Shown: piece after piece, positions 40,901 through 50,698 of the stretch
How positions within the stretch are numbered: position 1 is the stretch's first letter
How the letters are laid out: the number at the start of each line of letters is the position of its first letter
Source of the DNA: Antedon mediterranea
Lineage: Eukaryota > Animalia > Echinodermata
Direction of reading: 5' to 3'
Assembly (NCBI RefSeq): GCF_964355755.1
Contig: NC_092670.1
Coordinates: forward strand, 41,094,388 to 41,158,387
Length of the DNA stretch: 64,000 bases
Notes under the pieces: model-generated
What the model was told of the DNA's origin: nothing
Database searches by the model: none
The model's input: only the letters and a program-made list of their open reading frames with translations
Position numbers and translations under genes: made by a program

Positions 40901-43900
40901 ATCAGGAAACGTCTCACAATACACCCTTTTATATTCACTACCAAGATCCTTTAGCCAAAAACCGTGAGGCTTTTCTCCAATGATCTAAACAATTAAAAAA
41001 ATATACATATAAACTAAAATATACGTTTTTCTTCTTCACATCACTACAGGCTTTTAACATGATTGCAGCTATAGTGTAGCTTCTTTATTAATATTAATGC
41101 AATATGCAAAACAATTGGTTGTTACATAACCTTTGTAGAGGCTTTCAAAACGGAACATCAGTTGCTTGTCAATTATAAAAACACAAAATATATGTATTTA
41201 TAAACATCTAATTCAATTGAGAATTTACTTGCTTGCTGGCTATCATTTGTTAACTTTGTATAAACATTTTTTTCTATTCTATTCCATTCTAAACTTGCCT
41301 TTTGAATTCTTTCTAAAATGCTTAGTTCATCTTTTCCTTGAGACTCTAGATCTAGAACATAAATAAACCAGCATCATAATAATGAACTTGAAGTTGTTAT
41401 ACCATTGAGGGGAACACACTTCCCTTAACATCTAAAGCACCCACATTAGCAACATCATAATAATGAACTGGTTAAATAACAACTTGAAGTTGTTATACCA
41501 TTGAGGGGAACACACTTCCCTTAAAATCTAAAGCACCCACATTAGCAACATCATAATAATGGACTGGTTAAATAACAACTTGAAGTTGTTATACCATTGA
41601 GGGGAACACACTTTCCTTAACATCTGAAGCACCCACATTAGCAACATCATAATAATGGACTGGTTAAATAACAACTTGAAGTTGTTATACCATTGAGGGG
41701 AACACACTTTCCTTAACATCTGAAGCACCCACATTAGCAACATCATAATAATGAACTGGTTAAATAACAACTTGAAGTTGTTATACCATTGAGGGGAACA
41801 CACTTTCCTTAACATCTGAAGCACCCACATTAGCAACATCATAATAATGAACTGGTTAAATAACAACTTGAAGTTGTTATACCATTGAGGGGAACACACT
41901 TTCCTTAACATCTGAAGCACCCACATTAGCAACATCATAATAATGAACTGGTTAAATAACAACTTGAAGTTGTTATACCATTGAGGGGAACTGAGACATA
42001 TGAAAATATTCAAGAAAACAAAATAATGGAGTAAAAGAATTAAATGAAGATTACAATGGTATGGACACACAATTATACTATCGGATGAACTAACAGGGAC
42101 AGAAGACAAGGGATTAATGGATCACATTGATTACAAGATTCTACCTGGTTCAACAGTGACACATATATTAGAGGAGCCTTCTCTTCCAATGAACAGTGAA
42201 CCATCAAACTTTTCCTTAACATCTGAAGCACTCGCATTAGCAAATTTCATTACCACACACCCTCTGTTAACAAAAATGTTTGGTTATAATTTTTAAGCCA
42301 TTTATAGATTAGTGTCATTTCTAATAACATTTTATTAAAAGCATACATTTGATAAAGTAACACTGAATATGCCCAGGTAAATTTAAAATGTTTGACATTA
42401 ACATTTTATTAAAAGCATACATTTGATAAAGTTACACTGAATATGCCCAGGTAAATTTAAAATGTTTGACATTAACATTTTATTAAAAGCATACATTTGA
42501 TAAAGTTACACTGAATATGCCCAGGTAAATTTAAAATGTTTGACATTAACATTTTATTAAAAGCATACATTTGATAAAGTTACACTGAATATGCCCAGGT
42601 AAATTTAAAATGTTTGACATTAACATTTTATTAAAAGCATACATTTGATAAAGTTACACTGAATATGCCCAGGTAAATTTAAAATGTTTGACATTAACAT
42701 TTTATTAAAAGCATACATTTGATAAAGTTACACTGAATATGCCCAGGTAAATTTAAAATGTTTGACATTAACATTTTATTAAAAGCATACATTTGATAAA
42801 GTTACACTGAATATGCCCAGGTAAATTTAAAATGTTTGACATTAACATTTTATTAAAAGCATACATTTGATAAAGTTACACTGAATATGCCCAGGTAAAT
42901 TAAAAATGTTTGACATTAACATTTTATTAAAAGCATACATTTGATAAAGTTACTGAATATGCCCAGGTAAATTTAAAATGTTTGACATTAACATTTTATT
43001 AAAAGCATACATTTGATAAAGTAACACTGAATATGCCCAGGTAAATTTAAAATGTTTGACATTAACATTTTATTAAAAGCATACATTTGATAAAGTTACA
43101 CTGAATATGCCCAGGTAAATTTAAAATGTTTGACATTAACATTTTATTAAAAGCATACATTTGATAAAGTTACACTGAATATGCCCAGGTAAATTTAAAA
43201 TGTGTGACATTAACATTTTATTAAAAGCATACATTTGATAAAGTTACACTGAATATGCCCAGGTAAATTTAAAATGTTTGACATTAACATTTTATAAAAA
43301 ACATACATTTGATAAAGTTACACTGAATATGCCCAGCCCAGGTAAATTTAAAATGTTTGACATTAACATTTTATTAAAAGCATACATTTGATAAAGTTAC
43401 ACTGAATATGCCCAGGTAAATTTAAAATGTTTGACATTAACATTTTATTAAAAGCATACATTTGATAAAGTAACACTGAATATGCCCAGGTAAATTTAAA
43501 ATGTTTGACATTAACATTTTACAGGGCATCACGTATGCAAAACCCAGGAGAGCAACAAATCGCTCTCCTCAAATCACCGAGGAGAGCAATTCGCTCTCCT
43601 TGCAAAAATTTATATCGCTCTCCTCAAATATTTATGTTGAAGTTGAAGGATGGTCGCCCTTATTAAAAATGGCTGGCCCTTATTAATTTTTTGTACACAT
43701 TTTTTTGCCCGACAGGGGATACCCCCCCCCCCCCCCCCCCGGGCACAACAAATGTATACTGTACCTCTCCCCTAAAATCCCCCACACCCACCTTTACACA
43801 CAATATTTTCCGTGGGGATCGTATTATTCTACAGTACAAAAAACTCAAGCCAATTTTTTTGTTATGGCCTGCCTGGGTAGATTGGGTTTCAGGAGCCTGG

Positions 43901-46900
43901 AGAATCCTGTCCTGGCCAACTATATGCCTTTAGCCTAGCTTTTCTAGCCTAGCTTGTTGGCCTAGAAATCAGACAGAAAACCTGAAAAGTATTTACCTGC
44001 AATTCATAAATTATACAATTCTAACATGCAACAGCCATTAAAATATTGATAATAAGTTACAAAGTGTCATTTTAAAATAATTAAGAAAGATATTTGATCG
44101 TGTTTACATGTGTCACACATGGGCGCACGCACAATAGGGGAGGGCTGAGAGAGCTTCTAGAAGATGCTGACGTCACACATCAGCACGTGTTTTGAGGAGG
44201 ATTTGAGTGACCAAAATTGGTTAGAACTTTCGAAGAAATAATCCATCTTCAAAATGACATAATTAAAGCAACCAGCAGCTAAGCTTTTTTAAATAATAAA
44301 CATTATATTTAGGCCTCCTATATTAATGTTTCCTTTTAAAATTAAATATATTTTATTAACTCGTTCCATAAAAACATAAAGGGAAAAATTATTGGTTGGG
44401 ACATGATCTTCCTGTAAAGGAGGTGTTTCTATGACACCGTACTGGTTGCACTATGAGGCGATGAAGTAAACTCGCCCCCTTGAATGCGCGCAGGCAGGGG
44501 AATCCCTTTGTTGGTACCTCGCACTGTGAGATGGAGCGCGATGAATTGCTCTCCTTTTCGAAGGTTGTTGATTGCGATCGCGCTCGCGATCCTTAAAAAC
44601 GAGGGACTGCCATTAGGCTTGTAGCTTTATAACTTAGCTTATATATTATTAGCCTAGGCCTAGATTGGTTTTAACTTTTAAAAATCCACGTGTTTTTAGG
44701 CCTCTTGACAGAAAAATCAACACTGTCATGTCAAAAGCTAGGCTCTATTTTGAAAATTAAGGAGCGCGATAAATTGCTCTCCTCGAAGCCTGTTGAGGAG
44801 CGCGGAGGAGCGCGGTCGCGCAGGCGCTCCTTATAAATGATGCCCTGCATTTTATTAAAAGCATACATTTGATAAAGTTACACTGAATATGCCCAGGTAA
44901 ATTTAAAATGTTTGACATTAACATTTTATTAAAAGCATACATTTGATAAAGTTACACTGAATATGCCCAGGTAAATTTAAAATGTTTGACATTAACATTT
45001 TATTAAAAGCATACATTTGATAAAGTAACACTGAATATGCCCAGGTAAATTTAAAATGTTTGACATTAACATTTTATTAAAAGCATACATTTGATAAAGT
45101 TACACTGAATATGCCCAGGTAAATTTAAAATGTTTGACATTAACATTTTTACATAAATACTGTACTTATTTAATTACAACACATCCAACATCAAAGTCTG
45201 CTCACCAATTACAAGATGGATAAATTATATTGTGCATATAAACTAAGTCTCATTTGATGTTGAAAAGACAACAATTTAGATCTGTATTGATGAAGCTGAT
45301 GTCATTATGAGCTAGCTGCCAATGCCTGTGACCACAAGGCCGGGACAAGTGCAATACTTAAAACTTAAATGCCAGTTTTGCAAATATCACGACCTTGTAC
45401 CTCAAACACGCAAGCTGATAAACTTGCTTTCTCTTGGTCTCTTCTCTGTTGCAATTAATCCTCTGCTTAGTAAGACCTGCTGCTTAAATAAAAAATGATC
45501 TTGGAAAAGACATTTTGTTTCTGCTGTTGGATTTAAATAAAACATACAAGTAACTTTGTATCAACTGAACTGGTCATGGAATAAAAAAAAATGATAACGA
45601 TGTTGATAGACTTGCATTAAATTTTATTCTTTAAATGTGTGTACTATACATTCCGCTTTTTCTGTAGGTTTTTGAAATAAGCAAATAATGTAATGTTTTG
45701 CCTCATCAAGGCCGGGACAAGTGCAATACTGGCAAAGTGTAACAGTTTTGTACAAGCCAAGGCCTTAATGAATAACAAACAAAATAAGCCCATTTCTTCT
45801 TTTGACTTTACTTGTTGACAACAAAAGCAAAGGAAGGCCGGGACAAGTGCAATACTATCATTAATTGCAAGTAGTGTACACGTCCTGGTCTCCCCATACT
45901 TCTATTCATAAATCCTGTAAAAGGCCGATCCAAGCAGAATAATTAAAACAAACGATCGGCAAACGAACTAAAGATGATCAAAGTTGGGCTCCTCTTGAAG
46001 ACAATAGTTGAAATCTGAAGGCCGGGAGAAGTGCAATACTTTTAAAACAACAGCATAGCACAGCTCCTAACCTTCAGAATTCCAACCACACATTTGTTGG
46101 CATTTCATATTCTGGTATGTTAGGATGAAGTGGTCAAGTCCTCTCCCAGCTGGGAAAAGTGGATGCAGTGGTCAAGTCATCTCCAGGCCGGGACAAGTGC
46201 AATACTTGCATCATTATCAGGATGGCACTTGTCATGACCGGAACATGAATTGCATTCGACAACTTGCGTCACAATATTTCATTATCGGGTGGTGCGATTT
46301 ACAAGATAGTCTTAAAGGCCGGGAGGAGTGCAATACTTAATATTGAATTAACAGCATAACACAACTCACAACCTGCAAGACTACCTTACAACCTGCCAGA
46401 CTACCTTACAACTAAAAACCTGCAAGATTACCTCATCACAACCTTAATCTGCAAGACTTAACACAGTCTTTATTTACAGTGGATCAAACTACTTGTACTG
46501 CTAAGATGTACTTACCTAGCAGCATCTAGACTAGCCTCCACTGGATTCATACTGGCAAAGTGCTTCTTAATGAGATCCTTGAAAAGAAATTACAAAATAT
46601 TACCAAATAGAAATGTCACAAACTTGGCCATTCAATGTAATGTTCACAGTTATTACCAAATAGAAATGTCACAAACTTGGCCATTCAATGTAATGTTGAC
46701 AAAGAATACGGTACATTAACACTTACAGGACCAAAGGATGCTGGCAAGTTAGAGATTGCAACTGTTTTACTGGATGACTTAGCACTGCTTTGATGAGTAG
46801 TAACTCTGTGACCAAGACGTCTTTGTAAACGAGGTGGCAGTCCACTTGCTACAGGAGTTTGTGTCTGTATATAAAAAAAACCCAGACCATTAAGTAACTG

Positions 46901-48969
46901 GTAATGATATACAAAATAAAGTGGAGTTGTAGTTTGGTGGTTTATGTCCTTGCTATCGAAATCCAGGGTTCAATCGTGACAAATTGTCAGGGTTGCAACT
47001 TGTACAACTTTCTACTCTACTCCCAGCTTTTATGGACTATCAGATTGCAGCCCAAAATGTTCAGGGTTGCAACTTCGGACTCTTTTTACTCTACTCCCAG
47101 CTTTTGTGGAATACTAGTGATTGGGTGGCGAGTCAATTTAATGCACAAAGCGCCATGAGCGCCACATGGGTGGAGGATACCGGCGCTATATAAGTTTTCA
47201 TTTATTATTATTATTACCTGTTGGTCAAGTGAAAAGCACTAGCCAATAGCAGGAAGTCTGTCTGGTTGGCAAAAACAAAGTTAGGGCCTAAATTTACCTT
47301 AATTGGTCTTAAAGAGGGACCTGAAGGACCATTTCTAGGTACGGATAACTGCGGTTGTACATTTCCTCTTACTTGCCGACCATTACTTTGTGGATATATT
47401 TTTGGTGCAAATGATTTTGTGGCGGATTGTGGCCCAAAATGTCTTTTTGTAGGAGACTTCTTGAAATTGATAAAAGATGCCCTTACTGGACGCCTAGTCT
47501 GAAGATAAAAATAAACATTTATAATTTTGTCTTTGACAGCACATTCACAACCATTAAATGGCATGTTTTGAGAAAAATGTGAAACATGTGTATGAAATAC
47601 CTTTTTCTTTTTTTGTGTGCGTTGCCGTGATACCAAACTGTGTACATGAGCTGAAGCCGCATCAGCAACAGGACAACAAATGTAGCCTTCGGCTCCCCTG
47701 TGCAAAAAAAACAAAAAATTCAGTTTACATAATATGCAATAATAATAATATTGTGGTCCTCTTTATTTCAATTTTCACACACGGCCGGATATCATGGTAG
47801 ACATCCTAATCATAGCTTGCCACTTAAGCTGGGGAACATTGTATTTATTTTAACTGACGCTTAATTATTTCCGTTGGGTTGTCATTATAACCACTCGTCT
47901 TGGAGTGTGTTTTCACTGGTGGATTTATTCATAAAATAATTTTTTTTCTATTATAATTGTCCTCCAAATACATTATTCTCCTTAAGTTTTATAACACTAG
48001 GAACCCAGCTGAAAGCAAATTGGGAAAAAACGATTTATCAACAAGTTTAACTTCATATTAGCAACAAATAGAAATTAATCAACTGAAGGCTGCCTACACA
48101 AGGCAATTCTAACAATACATGCATTGTGTTCATTTGTTAGTCATCAATTAAATAGTGATAATACAAAAATTCCAGTGTATTCAGAAAGACTTCTTTTATC
48201 TACTTAATTCACAACAACATTTTGTTTGACACCAGAGATTCAAATCTTTACATTGAATCAACTATTTTGCTATTATTATTACTCTCCAAAAGAAATACAG
48301 TACTAATCAATTTATTTCAGAAATATTTCATCCATATCAACAGAAAACGAAATTCGCAAACTTTAAGCTTAATAAGTCTCTGATTTATAGACACCTTGTA
48401 TACCTTACCTCTGAATTCGAACCACATCAGGAATAGACTGCAAATATTCTTCTAATGAGCGAAAACCAAATCTAGTATATGGAATATGATCACCAATCAA
48501 TGATCTATAATCACCTAAAAAGAAAATGTCACATGTTGGGCAATGTTATCACTGAGGTCAATGATCTGTAATGACCTAAAAAGAAAATGTCACATGTTGG
48601 GCAATGTTATCACTGAGGTCAATGATCTGTAATAACCTAAAAAGAAAATGTCACACTTTGGACAATGTTATCACTAAGGTCAATGATCTGTAATGACCTA
48701 AAAAGGAATGTTACTAGCGGCAATGTTATCACCAAAGATAATTTTTTCATTTTACAATTTTGGGAAACTAAAAAGTATCATACCATCTTGTAGCAGCACT
48801 TTATAATTAGCATAAAATAAGTAGTATTATGAAACTATTCTTTATTTGACATTGTAAATGTTACCATGTTCTTACTTGCAAGTAACTGTAGAGGCACGCC
48901 TCCTTTCTGAGAGATGAGAAGAGATCGTAAAAGCTTTTTAACATCCTCTGGTTGAGCCATGGTTGGCAT
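31957..48969 (-). CDS. TDRD7: Tudor domain-containing protein 7 (tapas-type): extended LOTUS, RRM-like, second LOTUS, four extended Tudor domains
   Basis: Exons 48876-48969 (MAQPEDVKKLLRSLLISQKGGVPL), 48409-48514 (DYRSLIGDHIPYTRFGFRSLEEYLQSIPDVV, LOTUS), 47601-47697 (HVHSLVSRQR), 47218-47498, 46727-46864, 46516-46577, 42145-42263, 41299-41345, 40860-40984 (LOTUS 2), 40087-40215, 39846-39957, 39450-39566 (CAAKYSEDGNWCRAKI), 39048-39194 (VFFIDYGN), 38870-38960, 38484-38671, 37286-37442, 36929-37024, 36700-36815, 35653-35764, 35429-35557, 35185-35304, 34871-35089, 33618-33721, 33215-33506, 32641-32709, 32301-32526, 31957-32180 (TGA). TDRD7 is preferred over TDRD5 because of the multiple Tudor domains. 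Confidence 0.85.
32769..33189. mobile_element. Tandemly rearranged MITE family A copies
   Basis: AGCTCTGTCTACACTATCAA at 32769 and 32930; right TIR TTTGATAGTGTAGACAGA at about 33168-33186. Confidence 0.75.
33753..34911. repeat. 74-bp tandem array (about 15.5 copies) of a TDRD7 exon 3' end plus splice donor
   Basis: Minus-strand unit contains TGGTTGTTTGATATGTTAGAGAACCAGCTAGTACAGATTGAG|GTATAT (WLFDMLENQLVQIE). Confidence 0.95.
35897..36680 (+). repeat. Penelope-like pLTR copy whose interior has expanded into a 51/74-bp minisatellite
   Basis: Starts CTAGTGTTGCCCAAAAGCTCT and ends TTTGGATTTATATA, as in 16160-16315. The core TTTGTATCTCCATTGAGATCTAGCCACTGATACCCAAAGCATTGTCAT is repeated about 12 times. 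Confidence 0.85.
37460..38400. repeat. 90/91-bp minisatellite, about 10 copies
   Basis: Unit ...GCATTATACTAGTGAAATATGACATGAGACTAAGTATTTCTCACAAAAAGGGATCATCTCAGAC... Confidence 0.97.
40297..40498. repeat. 48-bp tandem repeat x4
   Basis: GAGGYGTGGAGTGCAATCACTTGCCTAACACACTCCTAAGATGCCATT. Confidence 0.9.
40711..40847. mobile_element. MITE family A copy (eroded ends)
   Basis: Internal TGTGACAAAAAAAAGTGATGTGCC...GGGCACATCACAC. Confidence 0.7.
41372..41991. repeat. 96-bp minisatellite, about 6.5 copies, containing a 32-bp copy of the adjacent TDRD7 exon
   Basis: TTCCTTAACATCTGAAGCACCCACATTAGCAA in the unit versus TTCCTTAACATCTGAAGCACTCGCATTAGCAA at 42212-42243. Confidence 0.9.
42327..45150. repeat. 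74-bp minisatellite (about 16 + 4 copies) interrupted by a DNA transposon
   Basis: Unit ACATTTTATTAAAAGCATACATTTGATAAAGTTACACTGAATATGCCCAGGTAAATTTAAAATGTTTGACATTA. Confidence 0.97.
43522..44847. mobile_element. 1326-bp non-autonomous DNA transposon (hAT- or P-like)
   Basis: 10-bp TIR CAGGGCATCA/TGATGCCCTG, 7-bp TSD CATTTTA, subterminal GCTCTCCT/GGAGCGCG repeats, no transposase ORF. Confidence 0.85.
45334..45398 (-). ncRNA. mir-92: pre-miR-92 copy 1; mature 3p UAUUGCACUUGUCCCGGCCUUG (45335-45356)
   Basis: Matches remembered miR-92a UAUUGCACUUGUCCCGGCCU. 5p arm AAGGUCGUGAUAUUUGCAAAACU pairs at 19 of 23 positions. Confidence 0.93.
45704..45770 (-). ncRNA. mir-92: pre-miR-92 copy 2; mature UAUUGCACUUGUCCCGGCCUUG (45707-45728)
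   Basis: Complementary arm CAGTTTTGTACAAGCCAAGGCCTT (plus strand) follows the loop. Confidence 0.92.
45831..45894 (-). ncRNA. mir-92: pre-miR-92 copy 3; mature UAUUGCACUUGUCCCGGCCUUC (45833-45854)
   Basis: Complementary arm AGTAGTGTACACGTCCTGGTCTCC (plus strand). Confidence 0.9.
46013..46080 (-). ncRNA. mir-92: pre-miR-92 copy 4; mature UAUUGCACUUCUCCCGGCCUUC (46017-46038)
   Basis: Complementary arm AGCATAGCACAGCTCCTAACCTTCAGA (plus strand); the G11C change is compensated in the star arm. Confidence 0.9.
46179..46247 (-). ncRNA. mir-92: pre-miR-92 copy 5; mature UAUUGCACUUGUCCCGGCCUGG (46183-46204)
   Basis: Complementary arm AGGATGGCACTTGTCATGACCGGA (plus strand). Confidence 0.92.
46309..46382 (-). 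ncRNA. mir-92: pre-miR-92 copy 6; mature UAUUGCACUCCUCCCGGCCUUU (46314-46335)
   Basis: Seed intact; weaker complementary arm AGCATAACACAACTCACAACCTGCAAGA. Confidence 0.82.
46920..47216 (+). mobile_element. SINE with L2-type 3' end and (TTA)n tail
   Basis: Degenerate A/B boxes (TAGTTTGGTGG; GGTTCAATC), then AAAGCGCCATGAG...GGCGCTATATAAG followed by (TTA)n. Confidence 0.6.
48498..48732. repeat. 61-bp tandem repeat x4 of a TDRD7 splice acceptor plus exon start
   Basis: Units start at 48498, 48559, 48620 and 48681. Minus strand TTTTTAG|GTNATTAYAGATCATTGA. Confidence 0.9.
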
Positions 48970-49675
48970 TCGTATTTAGGCCATGACACTAGTGAAGGTA
49001 ATAAATTTCCAACATCAAACACTTGAAATACAATATCTATCAAATAAAATCCTAAATTAAACAAATCCATTTCAGCCAACAAAATTGGAATGCACGAATC
49101 GAATCACAAGTGTAGAAAATGTAATATAACGACTTTTACTTGAATTTTAAACCTTTTAGAGTCGTGGTGTATTGCGTTTGAAATCAGACGGATATAATTT
49201 TCCATTTACTGACATAATGTAGGGCATCGGCCGTAATCCCATAAATGGGAATGGGATTCTTTTGTGCACCACCATATTATTAAATATTTAAAATAAATAT
49301 CTTATTAGAGTAAAAAAGCACATGGTTAGTAATAGGGTTACCGAGAGTTGACTCCATTGTTATTGCCACGATTCAACTCCGCGTACGTTACCATGCGCGC
49401 TATGTCATTGACGCGATTATTTGTCCATTGGTAAACACATTTTTATGTAGTATTATTCTGAAAATAATTGAACTGTAAACATAATTCTTTTGAGTATTTA
49501 TTTATTTACATATCATTCAATAAGATCAACTATTTTTTATCTTCATTACATTCAACCAAACATGTAAAAAATGTGGTTAAAATATCGTACTGTCTAGCGC
49601 GTACGACCATACGCGGTAGATTGTTTACTCAAAAACCTTCGAACGGTCCAGTGACCTAACCCTATTCAACCTTGT

Positions 49676-49925
49676 TTTTGTAGTTGAGCCTCTCATGACC
49701 TGGGATTTGTTTTTCTTCCTACGCCAAGATAATATAGTTCTACATGCCATGTGCTTTTTTCTCTGAGAAATATTTATTATAAGTGCCAAAAAAACGTTTT
49801 TTTTTCGATATGAAGCCTTTATTATTCAAATCTTTTAGAGAAAAATCAGATATATCATAAAGAAGGTCTATTTATTTCATTTTTGAAATAAAATTGTGAA
49901 AATTACGTGAGGCTCAACTACAAAA
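49676..49925. mobile_element. Probable MITE or transposon relic with a 17-bp inverted repeat, upstream of TDRD7
   Basis: TTTTGTAGTTGAGCCTC ... GAGGCTCAACTACAAAA. Confidence 0.5.
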
Positions 49926-50698
49926 CCACCATTTTGTGATATGATGTCATCGTAATCCAATCAAAGCTGAGATTTTCCGCGATCGGCAGGGCTCACGGTT
50001 GAATGATTTTGGATTCTGGCTATTTGATTGGTGGACGCGAATCACCCACAGCGGAATGTTTTCTCTCGCGTGTACTGCGAAGTCACATGGTCTGTCTGTA
50101 CTGATCGTTACTACACCAATTTAGAGCAATGAATTTGTACGAATTCCGTTAAATAAACAACTTTATATATTTTGTAAACATTTAATAATATATTTTATTG
50201 ATATTTCCAATGTTGATATATAAAATAAATTACTATAAAACATAATTTTATGTAATTATTCTAGCGAAAAACGGTGTGGTTCATACAATTGTCGACTGAG
50301 GGCGCAATTTGTTTACAACGTTCGTGGCCAAAAACGATCATTTTCGGCGATGTTTTAGACCCTATATTTCGAAAACTACAAGTCAGATTTTCTTAATTCT
50401 TTCTTTATTGGAATATTGAAACAAAATACTAACATATAATATTTAAATTGGTTTAAAAATAACAACTTTTAATTTTGCATCGTTATCCCTATTAGTAATT
50501 AAATAGGCTAGGCACCACCTGTTTAGCATGCTTGCTATAAATAAAGTAGAATTAATTAATTTCATACATTTGTTCCTGTAGTCATTATTTCATTCTTAAT
50601 TAAAATTTAGTGAAACCCGTTTTCGTAGGCACCACGCGCTGAAGCCTGGTCTACTATTACACTTGTCACTACTACTACTACTACTACTACTAGATGAG

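Noticed and set aside
41131-41164. 34-nt micro-exon of TDRD7
   Set aside because: Has AG/GT ends but gives stops in the required phases; the 41299-41345 exon with a GC donor joins the LOTUS domain correctly.
42327-45150. Plus-strand donor-like CCAGGTAAAT in the 74-bp unit (and AAGGTATGT in the 39-bp unit) as amplified junctions of hidden antisense genes
   Set aside because: No upstream plus-strand exon or ORF found; such short motifs occur by chance.
46255-46312. Additional miRNA hairpin between miR-92 copies 5 and 6
   Set aside because: Pairing is patchy with bulges and I recognise no known mature sequence; not supportable without reads.
45335-46335. CRISPR-like reading of the spaced 21-bp repeats
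   Set aside because: Eukaryotic intron, irregular spacing (about 125-370 bp), no cas genes; the repeats are miR-92 mature arms with their own star arms.
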